The notes: generated by a model from the letters alone, not told the origin. Shown: positions 1 to 10,272, numbered from the stretch's first letter. The stretch is DNA of 64,000 bases from Candidatus Aenigmatarchaeota archaeon (GCA_016195275.1 JACPZZ010000001.1:3046-67045); one strand, 5' to 3'. Translations and numbers: made by a program.

Positions 1-575
1 TTTATGAGCCTTGTCATCTTTATACCCATGCCCTTGCTTCCGGGCTGGTTCGCTATATCTGTTCTGTTTACAGGATGCTCGTACAGCTGCAACAAAGTTC
101 TGTCTGTCAAAACGAGCCCGGAGATGTTTTTGCCTGTTGCTTCGCCTGATACTTGTTCGGTCTGAGGCTGGGTTAATTCTATCGCAGGCTGTGGTGTTTC
201 AATCTCTGCTTGCATATCTGCGTTTTCCTGTTGTGGCGTTTGGCGCGACGCTGCCGATTTACCAGTGCGTTGAGTAACATGGGTTACTGTTTCCCTGATT
301 GTTATCTGTGGTTTTGCCGGCTCCGGTTGTCCTGTTTCTTCCGGTTTTCCCGAATTTTGCAGTATGCCTTCAACCTGCTGCAGGAAATTGTTTATTGCCG
401 GATGCAGCCCTGCCCTTGTAATTTTCTCATGTTGACTGCTTGCTATTGGGCCTAAAAGCCCTTCGACTTCTCTGATGAAATCCTGTACCGGGGCGGGAAG
501 TTTTTCAAGTTCTATCAGTTCATCTGTTTCTGTGCCTAAAGAAAAAAGCTCCCTCAAGAGTTTACGTACAGCCAT
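1..575 (-). CDS. hypothetical protein, Gln/Pro/Glu-rich; the 3' end runs off the window
   Basis: Manual minus-strand translation from the ATG at 575..573 gives MAVRKLLRELFSLGTETDELIELEKLPAPVQDF... with no stop down to position 1. It is missing from the ORF track because no stop lies in the window. No family recognised. Confidence 0.4.
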   Translation of the reverse strand, partial: MAVRKLLRELFSLGTETDELIELEKLPAPVQDFIREVEGLLGPIASSQHEKITRAGLHPAINNFLQQVEGILQNSGKPEETGQPEPAKPQITIRETVTHVTQRTGKSAASRQTPQQENADMQAEIETPQPAIELTQPQTEQVSGEATGKNISGLVLTDRTLLQLYEHPVNRTDIANQPGSKGMGIKMTRLI

Positions 576-615
576 ATTTTTCCTTCTGATTTTATTTTGC
601 TTTCCAAATAATTAT

Positions 616-1644
616 CTATGCTGCTGCAGATTGGGAACCGTGTGTAGCTGTCCTGTAAAAATCTAGCTTATCGTAAAACTGGGTCGCTGTCAAATTGTTC
701 TGCTGTGTCACCCATTCTATGAATTCCAGCCCTTTTGCAGGGTCGACTGTGAATAATCCTAACATGTCCCTGTACGCCGTTGTTGGCTCATGGTCGCTGT
801 CCGGCACTCTTTTCAGGGCGCGGTATAAAACACCAGTCTTTTCTGGTGGGATACTGTTCCTAACAATTATCAACTCAGGATGGAACTCTGTATGCCCGCC
901 CAAAATATCCGCCAGTTCAGGGTCTTCCGCATATACAAGTTCAATCGAATTTACTGGCCCTGCGTATCTGGCCGTTTTCGTCACAGATATTTTTCCTTTT
1001 CTGCCACCTATTTCAAAGCCGTCCAATTGTGTAGCACCGTTTTTGTACGAGCTTAAATAACTCGCGACAGATGCTTTATTTTCGTCTGGAAACGCCTGAT
1101 AAACATCTTTGTAAGGTATCTCGCCTTTGCCTTCTATGGTTTTAATATACTCTCTAATTTTGTATCTCAAAGTGAGGTCAAAACTCGTGCCGAGTCCCTC
1201 TTTTTTTGCGTTTTTGGATAGGGTTATTAAGGATTGTGCGTGTTCTTTGCCTGCGTCTGTAAGCGCCAAAGACCCGGGCTTTACATAACCTTTATTTCTG
1301 GCGGATGTCAAGGCTGTGCTCAGTTGCCTGCTTGTATATTCCATGTGTGACATCAGATTTTCCCTGTCCGACGAGATTTGTGACAGGAGCACGAGCAAAC
1401 GTTCCAGTTTATTTTTCGGTCCAATCCCTGGTTGTAGGTCTGTCAATATTGCCTGTTCCGGCTGTGTCTCCATCGTGTCCGTTTTTGTTGAAGAGCTACT
1501 GGTTCTCACAAGCTCTTCGATACGTGATACAAACGTGTGGAATGCCCATGGAATCGATGCGGTTGGATCCGCATCCATTTCTCGATATAAGCTTTCGAGG
1601 GCTGCTTTTAGTCCTTCAAGCTCATTATGTGGTGTGTCGCCCAT
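616..1644 (-). CDS. hypothetical protein
   Basis: 342-aa ORF, co-oriented with the neighbouring ORF. No recognisable motif. Confidence 0.55.
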   Translation of the reverse strand: MGDTPHNELEGLKAALESLYREMDADPTASIPWAFHTFVSRIEELVRTSSSSTKTDTMETQPEQAILTDLQPGIGPKNKLERLLVLLSQISSDRENLMSHMEYTSRQLSTALTSARNKGYVKPGSLALTDAGKEHAQSLITLSKNAKKEGLGTSFDLTLRYKIREYIKTIEGKGEIPYKDVYQAFPDENKASVASYLSSYKNGATQLDGFEIGGRKGKISVTKTARYAGPVNSIELVYAEDPELADILGGHTEFHPELIIVRNSIPPEKTGVLYRALKRVPDSDHEPTTAYRDMLGLFTVDPAKGLEFIEWVTQQNNLTATQFYDKLDFYRTATHGSQSAAA

Positions 1645-1979
1645 GCTAAGGGATGGTTGGAAAGCTATAAATCTTACCTATGCGGGCTGTGTGAAGGAGC
1701 TGCTAACATGCGTTCGTCACCTGTCCTGCTCCGAGATTAAATACGACTGTGTTCTGGAACGGCTTGACAAAAGGAGGGGTGCGGCATTGACATCAAAATT
1801 GAAAAATTCTCGACGAGTTTTACGGGCCTGTTGCAAAAATGCGCGCCAGATGGTACCTGTGGTCGTGTGAAAAATGCGACGCCAAAGCCGGCTTCGGCCT
1901 GACCCATATGGAATGGGTTGACAGGAAAGACATTGACAAAATCAGGAAATTTTTTGGTTGAACTTTTAATAAAGGTCGC

Positions 1980-2768
1980 TCAGGCCCACATTTCCCTGAC
2001 TATTTCCGCTGAAATCCGGGCTATCATGCGTTCCGGTACAAAGACTTCCAAGGAAACTGTCTTATCATATTTTGTTTTTTTCAAATCATTTATTGTCTTA
2101 CGGAAATCGATCGACGCCACACCCACTGGCAAATGCTCGTCCATTTTGCCGTGGTTGTCGTGCATGTGCACGTGTTCGATTCGGTTGCCCAGTTTTCTGA
2201 TGTGCGCGGAGACGGATTTCATGCCGCCTTCTATGAAGGCGTGGCCGATGTCCAGATTGGCGCCCATGCCCCTGACTTTCGAAACGATGCGGCTGAAATC
2301 TTTCAACGACGGCATTTCAGTTGTGTTTTCCAGCATTACTGTCATGCTGCCACCGGCATAATCCACCAGGCTTTTCATGTTATCTATGTAATTTGCGATG
2401 ATCTCCCTGCGCATGGCTTTGTCTGATAAAACCGTGCTTTGCGAATGGGCGTGGAACGTTATTTTTTGCATGTTTATTTTTTTGCCTGCGTCGATGATTT
2501 TTTTGCATTCCTCTACCCAGGCTTTGCGAACTATTTCATGCGGGCTTCCCAGGTCTATCCACCACGGCGCGTGGCCCAGGACAAACATTTTGTGCCTGGC
2601 GATTATCCTGTTTATCCTTGGGGCCTTTTTTGCGATTGTCCTCGGGGCGCCGCCCGGCTCCTCGATGCCGACTTCAACAAAATCAAAATCAAGGGACGCT
2701 ATTTCCCTGATTTCCTGGACAACGTCGAAGGAAGGGTTTGTTGTGGTGCCGAACTTTGGCAGAGTCAT
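1980..2768 (-). CDS. xylose-isomerase-like TIM-barrel protein (sugar phosphate isomerase/epimerase or AP-endonuclease-2 family)
   Basis: 262 aa. The pattern of His/Asp/Glu metal ligands (HAHS, LENT, NLDIGH, HVHMHDN, SLE) is typical of this fold. Confidence 0.65.
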   Translation of the reverse strand: MTLPKFGTTTNPSFDVVQEIREIASLDFDFVEVGIEEPGGAPRTIAKKAPRINRIIARHKMFVLGHAPWWIDLGSPHEIVRKAWVEECKKIIDAGKKINMQKITFHAHSQSTVLSDKAMRREIIANYIDNMKSLVDYAGGSMTVMLENTTEMPSLKDFSRIVSKVRGMGANLDIGHAFIEGGMKSVSAHIRKLGNRIEHVHMHDNHGKMDEHLPVGVASIDFRKTINDLKKTKYDKTVSLEVFVPERMIARISAEIVREMWA

Positions 2769-3023
2769 AAAACTAGTTCTTTCAAGGCCAATTTAAAGGC
2801 CTTTTGGGTTCAACAAAAACGGCAACTTTATAGTTTCACAGTTTTAAAAACCTTACAACATTTTTAGATTAGAACTATCGACTTTTCTAAAATAAACAAG
2901 TGTGTGCGCCCACGAATTAGTGCAAATTCGCGTATCGTCTACATGCGTAAAAAGGTTCAACTTCGAATTTACTTTATTTAACTGTTCGATTATCACTTTG
3001 TTATTAGAATAACGATGGCGGAC

Positions 3024-3098
3024 GGGTCTATGGTCCAACCTGGTTAAGACGTCGCGTTCACATCGCGAAGGTTGAGAGTTCAAATCTCTCTGGACCCA
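3024..3098 (+). tRNA. tRNA-Val (anticodon CAC)
   Basis: Manual cloverleaf: GGGTCTA TG GTCC AACCTGGTTA AGAC G TCGCG TTCACAT CGCGA AGGTT GAGAG TTCAAAT CTCTC TGGACCC A. Confidence 0.9.
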
Positions 3099-3150
3099 AT
3101 CAAATCCCTTTCTTAAGAAGAAAGGTCTTTGAGAGCCCCAAAGAATCTTT

Positions 3151-3642
3151 TCACAAATTGGCCGACAGGTTGAATTTTGTTGATGCTATTTCTTCGCCGT
3201 TTTCCGCGTCGAAAATAACGGACACGACCTGGAAATTCTTGAGGAATATGCTGGCCTGCCACGTAGGACCGTTTTCCGTTTTGGAGTTTGTTGATGTGCG
3301 CAAAACCAGAACAATGCGCGATATGGAATTTTCATCTGTTTTGCCGCCGCACTTTTTCATAATGTCGTCCGCTTCCAGTCTGGTTCTCTCTATTTCCAAA
3401 GGCATTATCTCCGTCTCTTTCATCGGGGGCGACAAACCGGCAAATTCAAGGCTGTTTTCACGAAGGGAAAAAGACGCAAGTTCGTTGCGGGTTTTGTTGT
3501 AAAAATTGACTGTTGCCGTGTGGGCCGGCGATGACAGGGAACGCAAAATAAACATCACTGACGAAAGGAAGTAGTTTTCCGACTTTAATTCCGCGGCCTT
3601 ATCGCTGGCTCCTATCAGGCTTTTTATCTTTGGTATATCCAT
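3151..3642 (-). CDS. hypothetical protein
   Basis: 163-aa ORF between two tRNA genes. No motif recognised. Confidence 0.45.
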   Translation of the reverse strand: MDIPKIKSLIGASDKAAELKSENYFLSSVMFILRSLSSPAHTATVNFYNKTRNELASFSLRENSLEFAGLSPPMKETEIMPLEIERTRLEADDIMKKCGGKTDENSISRIVLVLRTSTNSKTENGPTWQASIFLKNFQVVSVIFDAENGEEIASTKFNLSANL

Positions 3643-3699
3643 TTAGACCAACGAACTAATACTTCAAATCAGCAGGATAAATAAATGCGTTGGTCGTTA

Positions 3700-3730
3700 G
3701 ACATAGATGCTCTGAGTATGCATCTATGTC
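3700..3730. repeat. 11-bp-stem hairpin 12 nt upstream of tRNA-Val(UAC)
   Basis: GACATAGATGC-tctgagtat-GCATCTATGTC. Confidence 0.7.
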
Positions 3731-3742
3731 AGCCTGCAACAC

Positions 3743-3815
3743 GGGCCTATGGTCTAGTGGTTAGGACGTCGCGTTTACACCGCGAAGATCGCTGGTTCGA
3801 ATCCGGCTGGGCCCA
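3743..3815 (+). tRNA. tRNA-Val (anticodon UAC)
   Basis: GGGCCTA TG GTCT AGTGGTTA GGAC G TCGCG TTTACAC CGCGA AGATC GCTGG TTCGAAT CCGGC TGGGCCC A. Confidence 0.9.
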
Positions 3816-3894
3816 CACCCCAAAACTAAGAGAGATTCCGCCGATGCGGAACTTGAATTAAATAAGTAAGGGAAAGGTAGACCGGTAGGAGACC

Positions 3895-3917
3895 GAAACA
3901 TACCTCTTGTATGTTTC
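3895..3917. repeat. GAAACAT/ATGTTTC hairpin about 10 nt upstream of tRNA-Ala
   Basis: GAAACATA-cctcttg-TATGTTTC. It belongs to the same arm family as the hairpins at 12833..13012 and 61780..61816. Confidence 0.65.
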
Positions 3918-3927
3918 AGTTTGAGCC

Positions 3928-4022
3928 GGGCCGGTAGATCAACGGTAGATCGCCACATTGGCATAAGGGAAAGAAAACTTCCAGAATTGTGGAGGCTTCG
4001 GGTTCGAATCCCGACCGGTCCA
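3928..4022 (+). tRNA. tRNA-Ala (anticodon GGC) with a canonical 23-nt intron (3964..3986, position 37/38)
   Basis: The acceptor GGGCCGG/CCGGTCC carries the G3:U70 Ala identity pair. The anticodon arm is CCACA TTGGCA^T...AA^T TGTGG. The bulge-helix-bulge reads TTGG|CA^T|AAG...CTT|CCAG|AA^T. The T arm is TCGGG TTCGAAT CCCGA. Confidence 0.85.
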
Positions 4023-4025
4023 AAT

Positions 4026-4151
4026 AAGCCTTCATAGGAAATCATAGATTTCCTATGCACGAAAATCTATGATTTTCGTTGTCTTTCGAAAGAAAGCCTT
4101 AACAGCGAAAATCAACGGATTTTCGCGTGTAGGAAACTAAAAGTTTCCTAC
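4026..4151. repeat. array of four short hairpins (GAAA/TTTC arm family) forming the 3' trailer of tRNA-Ala
   Basis: CATAGGAAATC-ata-GATTTCCTATG (4033..4057). CGAAAATC-tat-GATTTTCG (4060..4078). CGAAAATC-aacg-GATTTTCG (4106..4125). GTAGGAAAC-taaaa-GTTTCCTAC (4129..4151). Confidence 0.8.
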
Positions 4152-4170
4152 AGGGAAATGACGACACCCC

Positions 4171-5409
4171 ATGGGCGGACTGAGGGCGCTGCTTTTCCCG
4201 AATTACGCAAAAAGACTATTTATTAAGAGTTTTGGACAAAGACTAATCAGTGATCGAATGGAAAGTTTTGCTGTTCTGCTGATCGCGGCTGTGCTATTCC
4301 TTGGCTTCCTGTTTTTGGGGACGTATATGCTGGACGTACAATATTCCGGGCCTTCAGGAAAAAGGCCGTCTGCTGTGCGCATCGACTTAACGTCGTTCCC
4401 GCAATTCTTCCTCGGTTTTACAAAGGAGGACAAGGCAAGAACGATAAACTACGAAGATTTCTCCCTGGGTCTGGAATCTAACATGAAAATAAAGGAAGTC
4501 CTGGAGCAGGAAATATCCAGGGGTTTGTTCTCCAATGAAGAATTGTCCTTAGAAGTTGATTTAAACACTGCCACGGTGGCCGAAGCTGCGGGGGCCACCC
4601 TTGAATTTGAGGTCGTAAACACCAATAATTATGGAAATCTTGTTGTTTCATGGAACGGCAAAGAGTATTACAGCGACAAACCCGCTGTCGGCAAGATAAG
4701 CATCAAATTACCAAAAGAATCGCTGAAAAACGAGAACAGGCTTGCGGTAAAGTCCACAGGCCCGGGAGCACGCTTCTGGGCAGAGTCGGTTTATTCATTA
4801 AGGAACTTAAGACTTGATGTTGTCACGGTTTCAAAAAGAACGCTTTTCTTCGAGGTGTTTCCGGAAGAGGCCAGTGCATGGAGTTCTGGCGTGTTGAATT
4901 TCCGCAGGGCTGATTATTCCACCCAAACCGGCGTAATCAAGGCTTACGCAAACGGCAGGCTTGTTTACAACAGCTTTCCAAACGAAGCCGACAAAATTGA
5001 GATCGGGCCTGATGACATACGCCCTGGCACAAATATGATAAAATTCGAGTCGGAGGGCGGCACATTCTCCCTGAAAAATATTTTCCTGAATGTGTTTTTA
5101 TGGAAGAACCGCACTTCGGGCATAACGAAATCGTTTATGCTCAGCGAAGATGATTTGACGCTGTTGAACAGAAGCGGCTATTACGGCGTTGTGCAGATAA
5201 ACCTTGGAGAGGTGCTCAAGGCCGCGCCTATTGAAATAAAATTCCGCGGCAACAAGACGACGAAATCCGTTTTCATCACCGAATTGAAGGACCGCGTGAA
5301 TGCTACTTTTGGGACGGACCAGATCAGTATTGGAAACAACAGCATAACATTCTCAACAGACGGCTCGATGCGCGTTGATTCTGTTGATGTATTCATACAG
5401 GGTCGGTAG
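4171..5409 (+). CDS. membrane-anchored extracellular protein, function unknown
   Basis: 412-aa ORF. An N-terminal hydrophobic segment (FAVLLIAAVLFLGFLFLG) is followed by a beta-rich sequence. The stop abuts the next ORF. Confidence 0.55.
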   Translation: MGGLRALLFPNYAKRLFIKSFGQRLISDRMESFAVLLIAAVLFLGFLFLGTYMLDVQYSGPSGKRPSAVRIDLTSFPQFFLGFTKEDKARTINYEDFSLGLESNMKIKEVLEQEISRGLFSNEELSLEVDLNTATVAEAAGATLEFEVVNTNNYGNLVVSWNGKEYYSDKPAVGKISIKLPKESLKNENRLAVKSTGPGARFWAESVYSLRNLRLDVVTVSKRTLFFEVFPEEASAWSSGVLNFRRADYSTQTGVIKAYANGRLVYNSFPNEADKIEIGPDDIRPGTNMIKFESEGGTFSLKNIFLNVFLWKNRTSGITKSFMLSEDDLTLLNRSGYYGVVQINLGEVLKAAPIEIKFRGNKTTKSVFITELKDRVNATFGTDQISIGNNSITFSTDGSMRVDSVDVFIQGR

Positions 5410-5411
5410 GC

Positions 5412-6716
5412 TTGTCTGAGAAAGAAGACATCGAGAGGCGTGCACGGCTCATAGCGGACAGGAACAACGTGCCTGCGCCCGCGCCTGCAGCGCCGGTTGA
5501 CAGCCCGTGGAAAAAGATATTATACCGTGTCGTCTTGGTTTTAATCTATTTAATAACGATTTCCATTTTCAAATTCTGGGCAGCAGGATGGCTGTGGATA
5601 ACGGTCTTTGTTCTGATAGGGCTTTATTTATTCGCAAGCGGGCCGGCCGACACAACACAGTTTGTAACGTGGGCTGTTATTATCATTGTCTTGTTCGGCG
5701 GTTCTGGTTATTTGTTCACATTAAGCCCGTGGCGCAGCACGATAAACAATTACGTCGCAAGCGTCATGACTTCGTTCAATAAAATTGCTGAGGCTGCCGG
5801 CGATTTCACAGCGCAGGTAGACTGTTTGACGAAACCGACTCTGGAAAGATGCACTAAAATACCTGATGCCGGAACGACCCAGAAAACAAGGAAAGGCCTT
5901 GAGATAACAACGCTTTCCGCCGAGACTTCGGTGGCTGTTGGAAAAACGGCAAGGTTATTCGCTGCGATAAGGAATGAAGGAGAGGCCGATGCGGCTGTGA
6001 GAACCGCAAGGATGTACGGCGGCGAGGGCAAGGGATTCAAGTCTGCGGAAAATTTACAATGCTCCGGCTGCGCGATCGGGATAACGAACGAGGAAATAAT
6101 TCCTAATGCCAGGCGCGATTTAACTGCGGATATATCGATTCCCTGCGAGAAGATATCCACATTCCCTTATAGTTTGAATATTGAATATGAATACAGCGTG
6201 GGGGCGTCGTTGCCGATTGACGTGCTTAATTCAAAAGAATATGACGCAAAAATCGCTGATAAGGAACTGTTTTTAACACAGCCTGCGGCAGACTCGTCCA
6301 GCGGACCGGTGCGTGCGAGCATCGTTGTCGGCCTTGAAGGCTACCAGCCGATAAAAGGCGGGACCAAGAACATCCTTTTCGCTAAATTAAACAACCTGGG
6401 ATCCGGCCAGTTCAGGCTGAAAAGCGCTCAGCTGAAAACAGAATTTAACATATCCAACTGCAAGGTGAACGGCGCTGCTGTCAGCGACTCTAACAACCTT
6501 GTCGACCCGTCAGGCCGGTATTACGGGCCTGAAAAATTCATTTCAGTGAGCTGCGACATGAACGTTATGAATGTTGACGGGCAAAAAAGGTTTATCGCGA
6601 CAATAAACGCTATCTATGCTTACAACATAACAAGTTCTGCCAGCATGGCTGTGGATGAGACCGGTTTTGAATCGTGCAGGCCGACAACGACTGGCGGGGC
6701 GCCGCCCTCTCCGTGA
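5412..6716 (+). CDS. multi-pass N-terminal membrane domain plus an extracellular CARDB-like beta-rich domain protein
   Basis: 434 aa from a TTG start. There are three hydrophobic helices near the N-terminus. Segments such as ARLFAAIRNEGEADAA and ILFAKLNNLGSGQF resemble CARDB-type repeats. Confidence 0.55.
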   Translation: MSEKEDIERRARLIADRNNVPAPAPAAPVDSPWKKILYRVVLVLIYLITISIFKFWAAGWLWITVFVLIGLYLFASGPADTTQFVTWAVIIIVLFGGSGYLFTLSPWRSTINNYVASVMTSFNKIAEAAGDFTAQVDCLTKPTLERCTKIPDAGTTQKTRKGLEITTLSAETSVAVGKTARLFAAIRNEGEADAAVRTARMYGGEGKGFKSAENLQCSGCAIGITNEEIIPNARRDLTADISIPCEKISTFPYSLNIEYEYSVGASLPIDVLNSKEYDAKIADKELFLTQPAADSSSGPVRASIVVGLEGYQPIKGGTKNILFAKLNNLGSGQFRLKSAQLKTEFNISNCKVNGAAVSDSNNLVDPSGRYYGPEKFISVSCDMNVMNVDGQKRFIATINAIYAYNITSSASMAVDETGFESCRPTTTGGAPPSP

Positions 6717-6733
6717 CATCCTCCCACCACTAC

Positions 6734-6779
6734 ACAGGAAATCGTTGATTTCCTGTGCACGAAAACCATTGGGTTTTCG
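6734..6779. repeat. double-hairpin repeat, same family as 4033..4078 and 12608..12654
   Basis: ACAGGAAATC-gtt-GATTTCCTGT GCA CGAAAACC-att-GGGTTTTCG, directly after the stop codon of the 5412..6716 ORF. Confidence 0.8.
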
Positions 6780-7040
6780 TTGAAGCGTGTGGGCTTCCTG
6801 CGAGAGCGAAGTTGTATATCAGCCTACATCTTTCGGAGAGGTCTGACAGGACTGATTCCTGTTCTTCTGTTGGATTTATTTTTATCTGTTGCGTCAGTTG
6901 CATTACATCCCCTTTTGTTCTATGATGTATTTCTCTATTAGTTTATCCGAGATATGTCCGTGAGTTGAGACAAAATAGCTCCTTGTTTACGGTTCGCTCT
7001 CATCCCACCCGTAAACGGCGTGGATTTCCCGCTCACATTG

Positions 7041-7862
7041 TTAAGCCAGAACGGCAAGACGCAGCGTATCCCTTACGCCCGGCGCAAGACCGAGAATAAG
7101 AACCAAAATTTTGAAAAACGCCCTCAGTTCCCTGTTTTCTATTTCCCTGTCAAACGAATAAAGTACAAATCCTATCACCAACAGCTTCAGCGGAAATATG
7201 GCTGCCGGCCCGAAGGACTGCACCAACAATGCAGGCAGAAAATGTTGTTCCTTATAACCGAAGAAGCTCATTGACACAAATGTCGACGATGCGTCGAGCA
7301 TATGGGCGGATAAAATCAAGATATTTTCCTTTGTGACTATCTTAGGTAATTTTTTGCTAATCGCGAACATCGCCAGCGTGGATAATGAGAACGACAGTAT
7401 GATGTAAAATATGCCTGTGAAATTCCTCGCCTGCGAAAAAATGAATGCGATGATTAACGCTGACGGCAAAGCTGTTATAAATAAAAGGGTTTTCCAGTAT
7501 TCTATTTTGTAGAATTTTTGTATAACCAGAGCCGCGTACATGGAAACCAGGAACGCGGCGTACATCACAACCTGGATAAGCGGAGTTACCAGCAGAATGC
7601 TGCTTACTACTTTCATGTCGTCGAGTGTGTGAAGGCTGGAAGCAAGAATTGTGAAGGATGTGAGGACCGCAGCGAACTTTGCATCGACCTTTACGCGGTT
7701 TTTCAGGACTTTGGTGTAAAGCAGGTAATTTACGATGAAAAAAATCGCTGCATAGGTCACTGTGTTTACCGGGTTGTACTCGCCCGTCCTGTTGATTAAA
7801 GGGTAGATGAAGTAGGTGTTTATGAAATCTTCCAAAACCATGATTTTATATTTTGGTTCCAA
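7041..7862 (-). CDS. polytopic membrane protein, DUF63-like
   Basis: 273 aa with about 7 hydrophobic helices. The N-terminus (EDFINTYFIYPLINRTGEYNPVNTVTYA) resembles the archaeal DUF63 family as I recall it. Confidence 0.55.
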   Translation of the reverse strand: MEPKYKIMVLEDFINTYFIYPLINRTGEYNPVNTVTYAAIFFIVNYLLYTKVLKNRVKVDAKFAAVLTSFTILASSLHTLDDMKVVSSILLVTPLIQVVMYAAFLVSMYAALVIQKFYKIEYWKTLLFITALPSALIIAFIFSQARNFTGIFYIILSFSLSTLAMFAISKKLPKIVTKENILILSAHMLDASSTFVSMSFFGYKEQHFLPALLVQSFGPAAIFPLKLLVIGFVLYSFDREIENRELRAFFKILVLILGLAPGVRDTLRLAVLA

Positions 7863-7871
7863 ACTTATATT

Positions 7872-8744
7872 GTGAGAACCAGCTTTTTGCTTGCGTTGAT
7901 TGCGATGACCATAGTGGTTTCCGGATGCACCGACACTGTTGATGCAGGCAACGGAGGGCCGGATGCAATTAAAACCAACGAAGTTGTTGTCCTTGAAAGC
8001 GTCGAAGCTGTCCCAAATGAGATAAAGCCGGAAAGGAACTTCCTTCTCAGCGGATTTGCAACAAACAAGGCGAAAACAAAAATAAACAATATTGCGATAG
8101 ACCTGGCCGACTATTGCTCTTCGGTTTTTGATGTTGTAAAGACTTCATGCGCGCTGAATTCCTTTGACGGCTATCGCCACTGCTCGTTATCGCTGAATCT
8201 CGATGCGAGCAGCAAGTTCCAATGGAACTTCAAAGCCCCGCCTGCGAGCCGCACAGCAGGCCGGGATTTTGACTGCAACATGGTTGTAAAGACCAATTAT
8301 TCGTACAACGCTTACGGCTCTGTTGGTGTGATACTGGCCAATGACGCAGAGATAGCGGCCCGCGAAACAGGGCCTGCGCCTGTTACAGGCGACGGCCCGC
8401 TGAAAATTTACATAACCGTCGAGTCCGCGCAGCCTGTCGGGCGGGGCGAGACGTTTGACGTCAAGATTGTTTTGAAGAACGAGGGCGAAGGGGAAATTGA
8501 AAGGCCGGTACCGAGTTCCGGTATCAAGGTCAACAGGCCGGAAGGCCTGACAGGAAATTGCGACATGCCGGTTGCGATAACCATAACCAAGACGAAAAGG
8601 GAGTCTGAACCGATTTTCTGCTCATTTACGACACCGAACACGCTGCCGCCTCGTATCACAAAGTTTATCACAGCTGAGGCTGTTTACGATTACAAACTTA
8701 CAAGCTCCGTGCCTGTAAAACTGAAGGTAACCAAGGAATCTTAA
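7872..8744 (+). CDS. secreted lipobox protein (putative surface protein, CARDB-like)
   Basis: GTG start. Signal peptide plus lipobox: MRTSFLLALIAMTIVVSGC-TDT. Contains FDVKIVLKNEGEGEI, a CARDB-like strand pattern. Confidence 0.65.
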   Translation: MRTSFLLALIAMTIVVSGCTDTVDAGNGGPDAIKTNEVVVLESVEAVPNEIKPERNFLLSGFATNKAKTKINNIAIDLADYCSSVFDVVKTSCALNSFDGYRHCSLSLNLDASSKFQWNFKAPPASRTAGRDFDCNMVVKTNYSYNAYGSVGVILANDAEIAARETGPAPVTGDGPLKIYITVESAQPVGRGETFDVKIVLKNEGEGEIERPVPSSGIKVNRPEGLTGNCDMPVAITITKTKRESEPIFCSFTTPNTLPPRITKFITAEAVYDYKLTSSVPVKLKVTKES

Positions 8745-8840
8745 GGTTTAAATAAACGCGCAAGGAAACAATATATTACGGGTAGTTTAGAGTGTGCATG
8801 ACCTTTTCCAAAAAGGTCACTCAAAAGAGAATGTGAAAAA

Positions 8841-10259
8841 ATGCGATTTGCTATATTGGGAATAATTTTAGCCGTTATCGTTTCCGGATGCACCGACACT
8901 ACCAACGCATCAACAGGAACGGGCGGATCTGTTGTGATAAAATCATTTTCCGCTGACGAGACAAACATACTCGGCAATGACAAAGTAACACTGACTGCGG
9001 AAATAGAAAACACGGGCGATTCCAGAGCAACGGCTATTACGCTGCAGTTGCTTGAATTGGATGTAAAATGCACTGGGGCGGCCGTAACCGGCTGTGGTGA
9101 TTCTACACCAACGCAATGGGGCATAATTTCTGGGGATGTGTCAAAACAAATAAAATCCGGCCTTAGAATATCAACACCTGGCGAACAGACTGTCCCGATA
9201 CAAAACACGTGGAGGGTGCAGGCCCCCAAGATTCCCGCGAACATCGTGCAAACTTACGATGCGAAGACCAGAGTTTCTTACACCTATTCTACGTCCGCTT
9301 TGAAGCAGATAACAGTGATCACTTATGACGAATACCAGCGTGCCAAGGCTAAAGGAGAAACGTTCCCTGTCACTACAACAAAGTCTTCCAACGGTCCGTT
9401 GGGAATAGACGTCAAGGTTAATGAGCCTGTCAAGATAGAGGGTGGGACAACTAGTTTCATACTTACAATAATCGTTAACAATCTTGCAAATGGGTTCACA
9501 TTCACGGCCGGAACAGATGCAAATTTGCTAGCTAACAGGGACTGGATCAATGTCAACATTACGCTTCCGTCTGGACTTACAATGCTGGATACCGGGGATT
9601 GTACAACAATAACACGGCCCGGAGGCCTTGATGCACAACTTACCAGCAAGGGCAAGGCGTTTACGCTGTCCTGTGAGGTAAGCGCTACCGCACCAGCCGT
9701 TTCAACTGCCAGAACAGTTATCGTAGGAACCCAGTATGGCTATTTCACGGATTCTGCTAAGGTGAGCATAACCGTTACCGGAAAAACCAGTTACATTGTT
9801 GTACCGCCTGGACAGACACCACCTGCGGGCGGCGTTCCGGTTACACCAACACCTGGAGGTGTATTGGCTGATGTAACGCCGCCGTCGCCTGTGAAAGATA
9901 TTGCCACTACAAACCCTGTAAAGGAAACGAATGCGCAGGGCTTGGCTACAGGCAAATGGCTGACCACCTTAACCTTCACACAACCGGACGACAACGTAGC
10001 TGTTACAGCTTTTGAAATAGTGGTTGCCAAGAAAGACGCGCCCGGATTCCAGACACCAACCGCTGATAACTGGGCTGCGTTTGCCAAATATGCAACACCG
10101 CCGACTCCACAGAGCACAGGCAAACAGATAGCTGTAAGCAATGTGGTTTTGGATGGCAATACGCCTTACATTTTCTGTGTACGCGCAAAAGACGCTGCAG
10201 GCGGCCTTTCGTCTCTGGCCAATGCCTGCATAGAGAGGGTGACAACACAGGCCGGTTAA
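8841..10259 (+). CDS. secreted lipobox protein, paralogous N-terminus to 7872..8744
   Basis: MRFAILGIILAVIVSGC-TDT has the same lipobox context. It is followed by beta-rich domains and a Pro/Thr-rich linker (PPGQTPPAGGVPVTPTPGG). Confidence 0.65.
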   Translation: MRFAILGIILAVIVSGCTDTTNASTGTGGSVVIKSFSADETNILGNDKVTLTAEIENTGDSRATAITLQLLELDVKCTGAAVTGCGDSTPTQWGIISGDVSKQIKSGLRISTPGEQTVPIQNTWRVQAPKIPANIVQTYDAKTRVSYTYSTSALKQITVITYDEYQRAKAKGETFPVTTTKSSNGPLGIDVKVNEPVKIEGGTTSFILTIIVNNLANGFTFTAGTDANLLANRDWINVNITLPSGLTMLDTGDCTTITRPGGLDAQLTSKGKAFTLSCEVSATAPAVSTARTVIVGTQYGYFTDSAKVSITVTGKTSYIVVPPGQTPPAGGVPVTPTPGGVLADVTPPSPVKDIATTNPVKETNAQGLATGKWLTTLTFTQPDDNVAVTAFEIVVAKKDAPGFQTPTADNWAAFAKYATPPTPQSTGKQIAVSNVVLDGNTPYIFCVRAKDAAGGLSSLANACIERVTTQAG

Positions 10260-10272
10260 GGACAGCAGAATT

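Noticed and set aside
2853-4060. Minus-strand ORFs 2853..3083 and 3761..4060.
   Set aside because: They overlap tRNA-Val and tRNA-Ala genes on the opposite strand.
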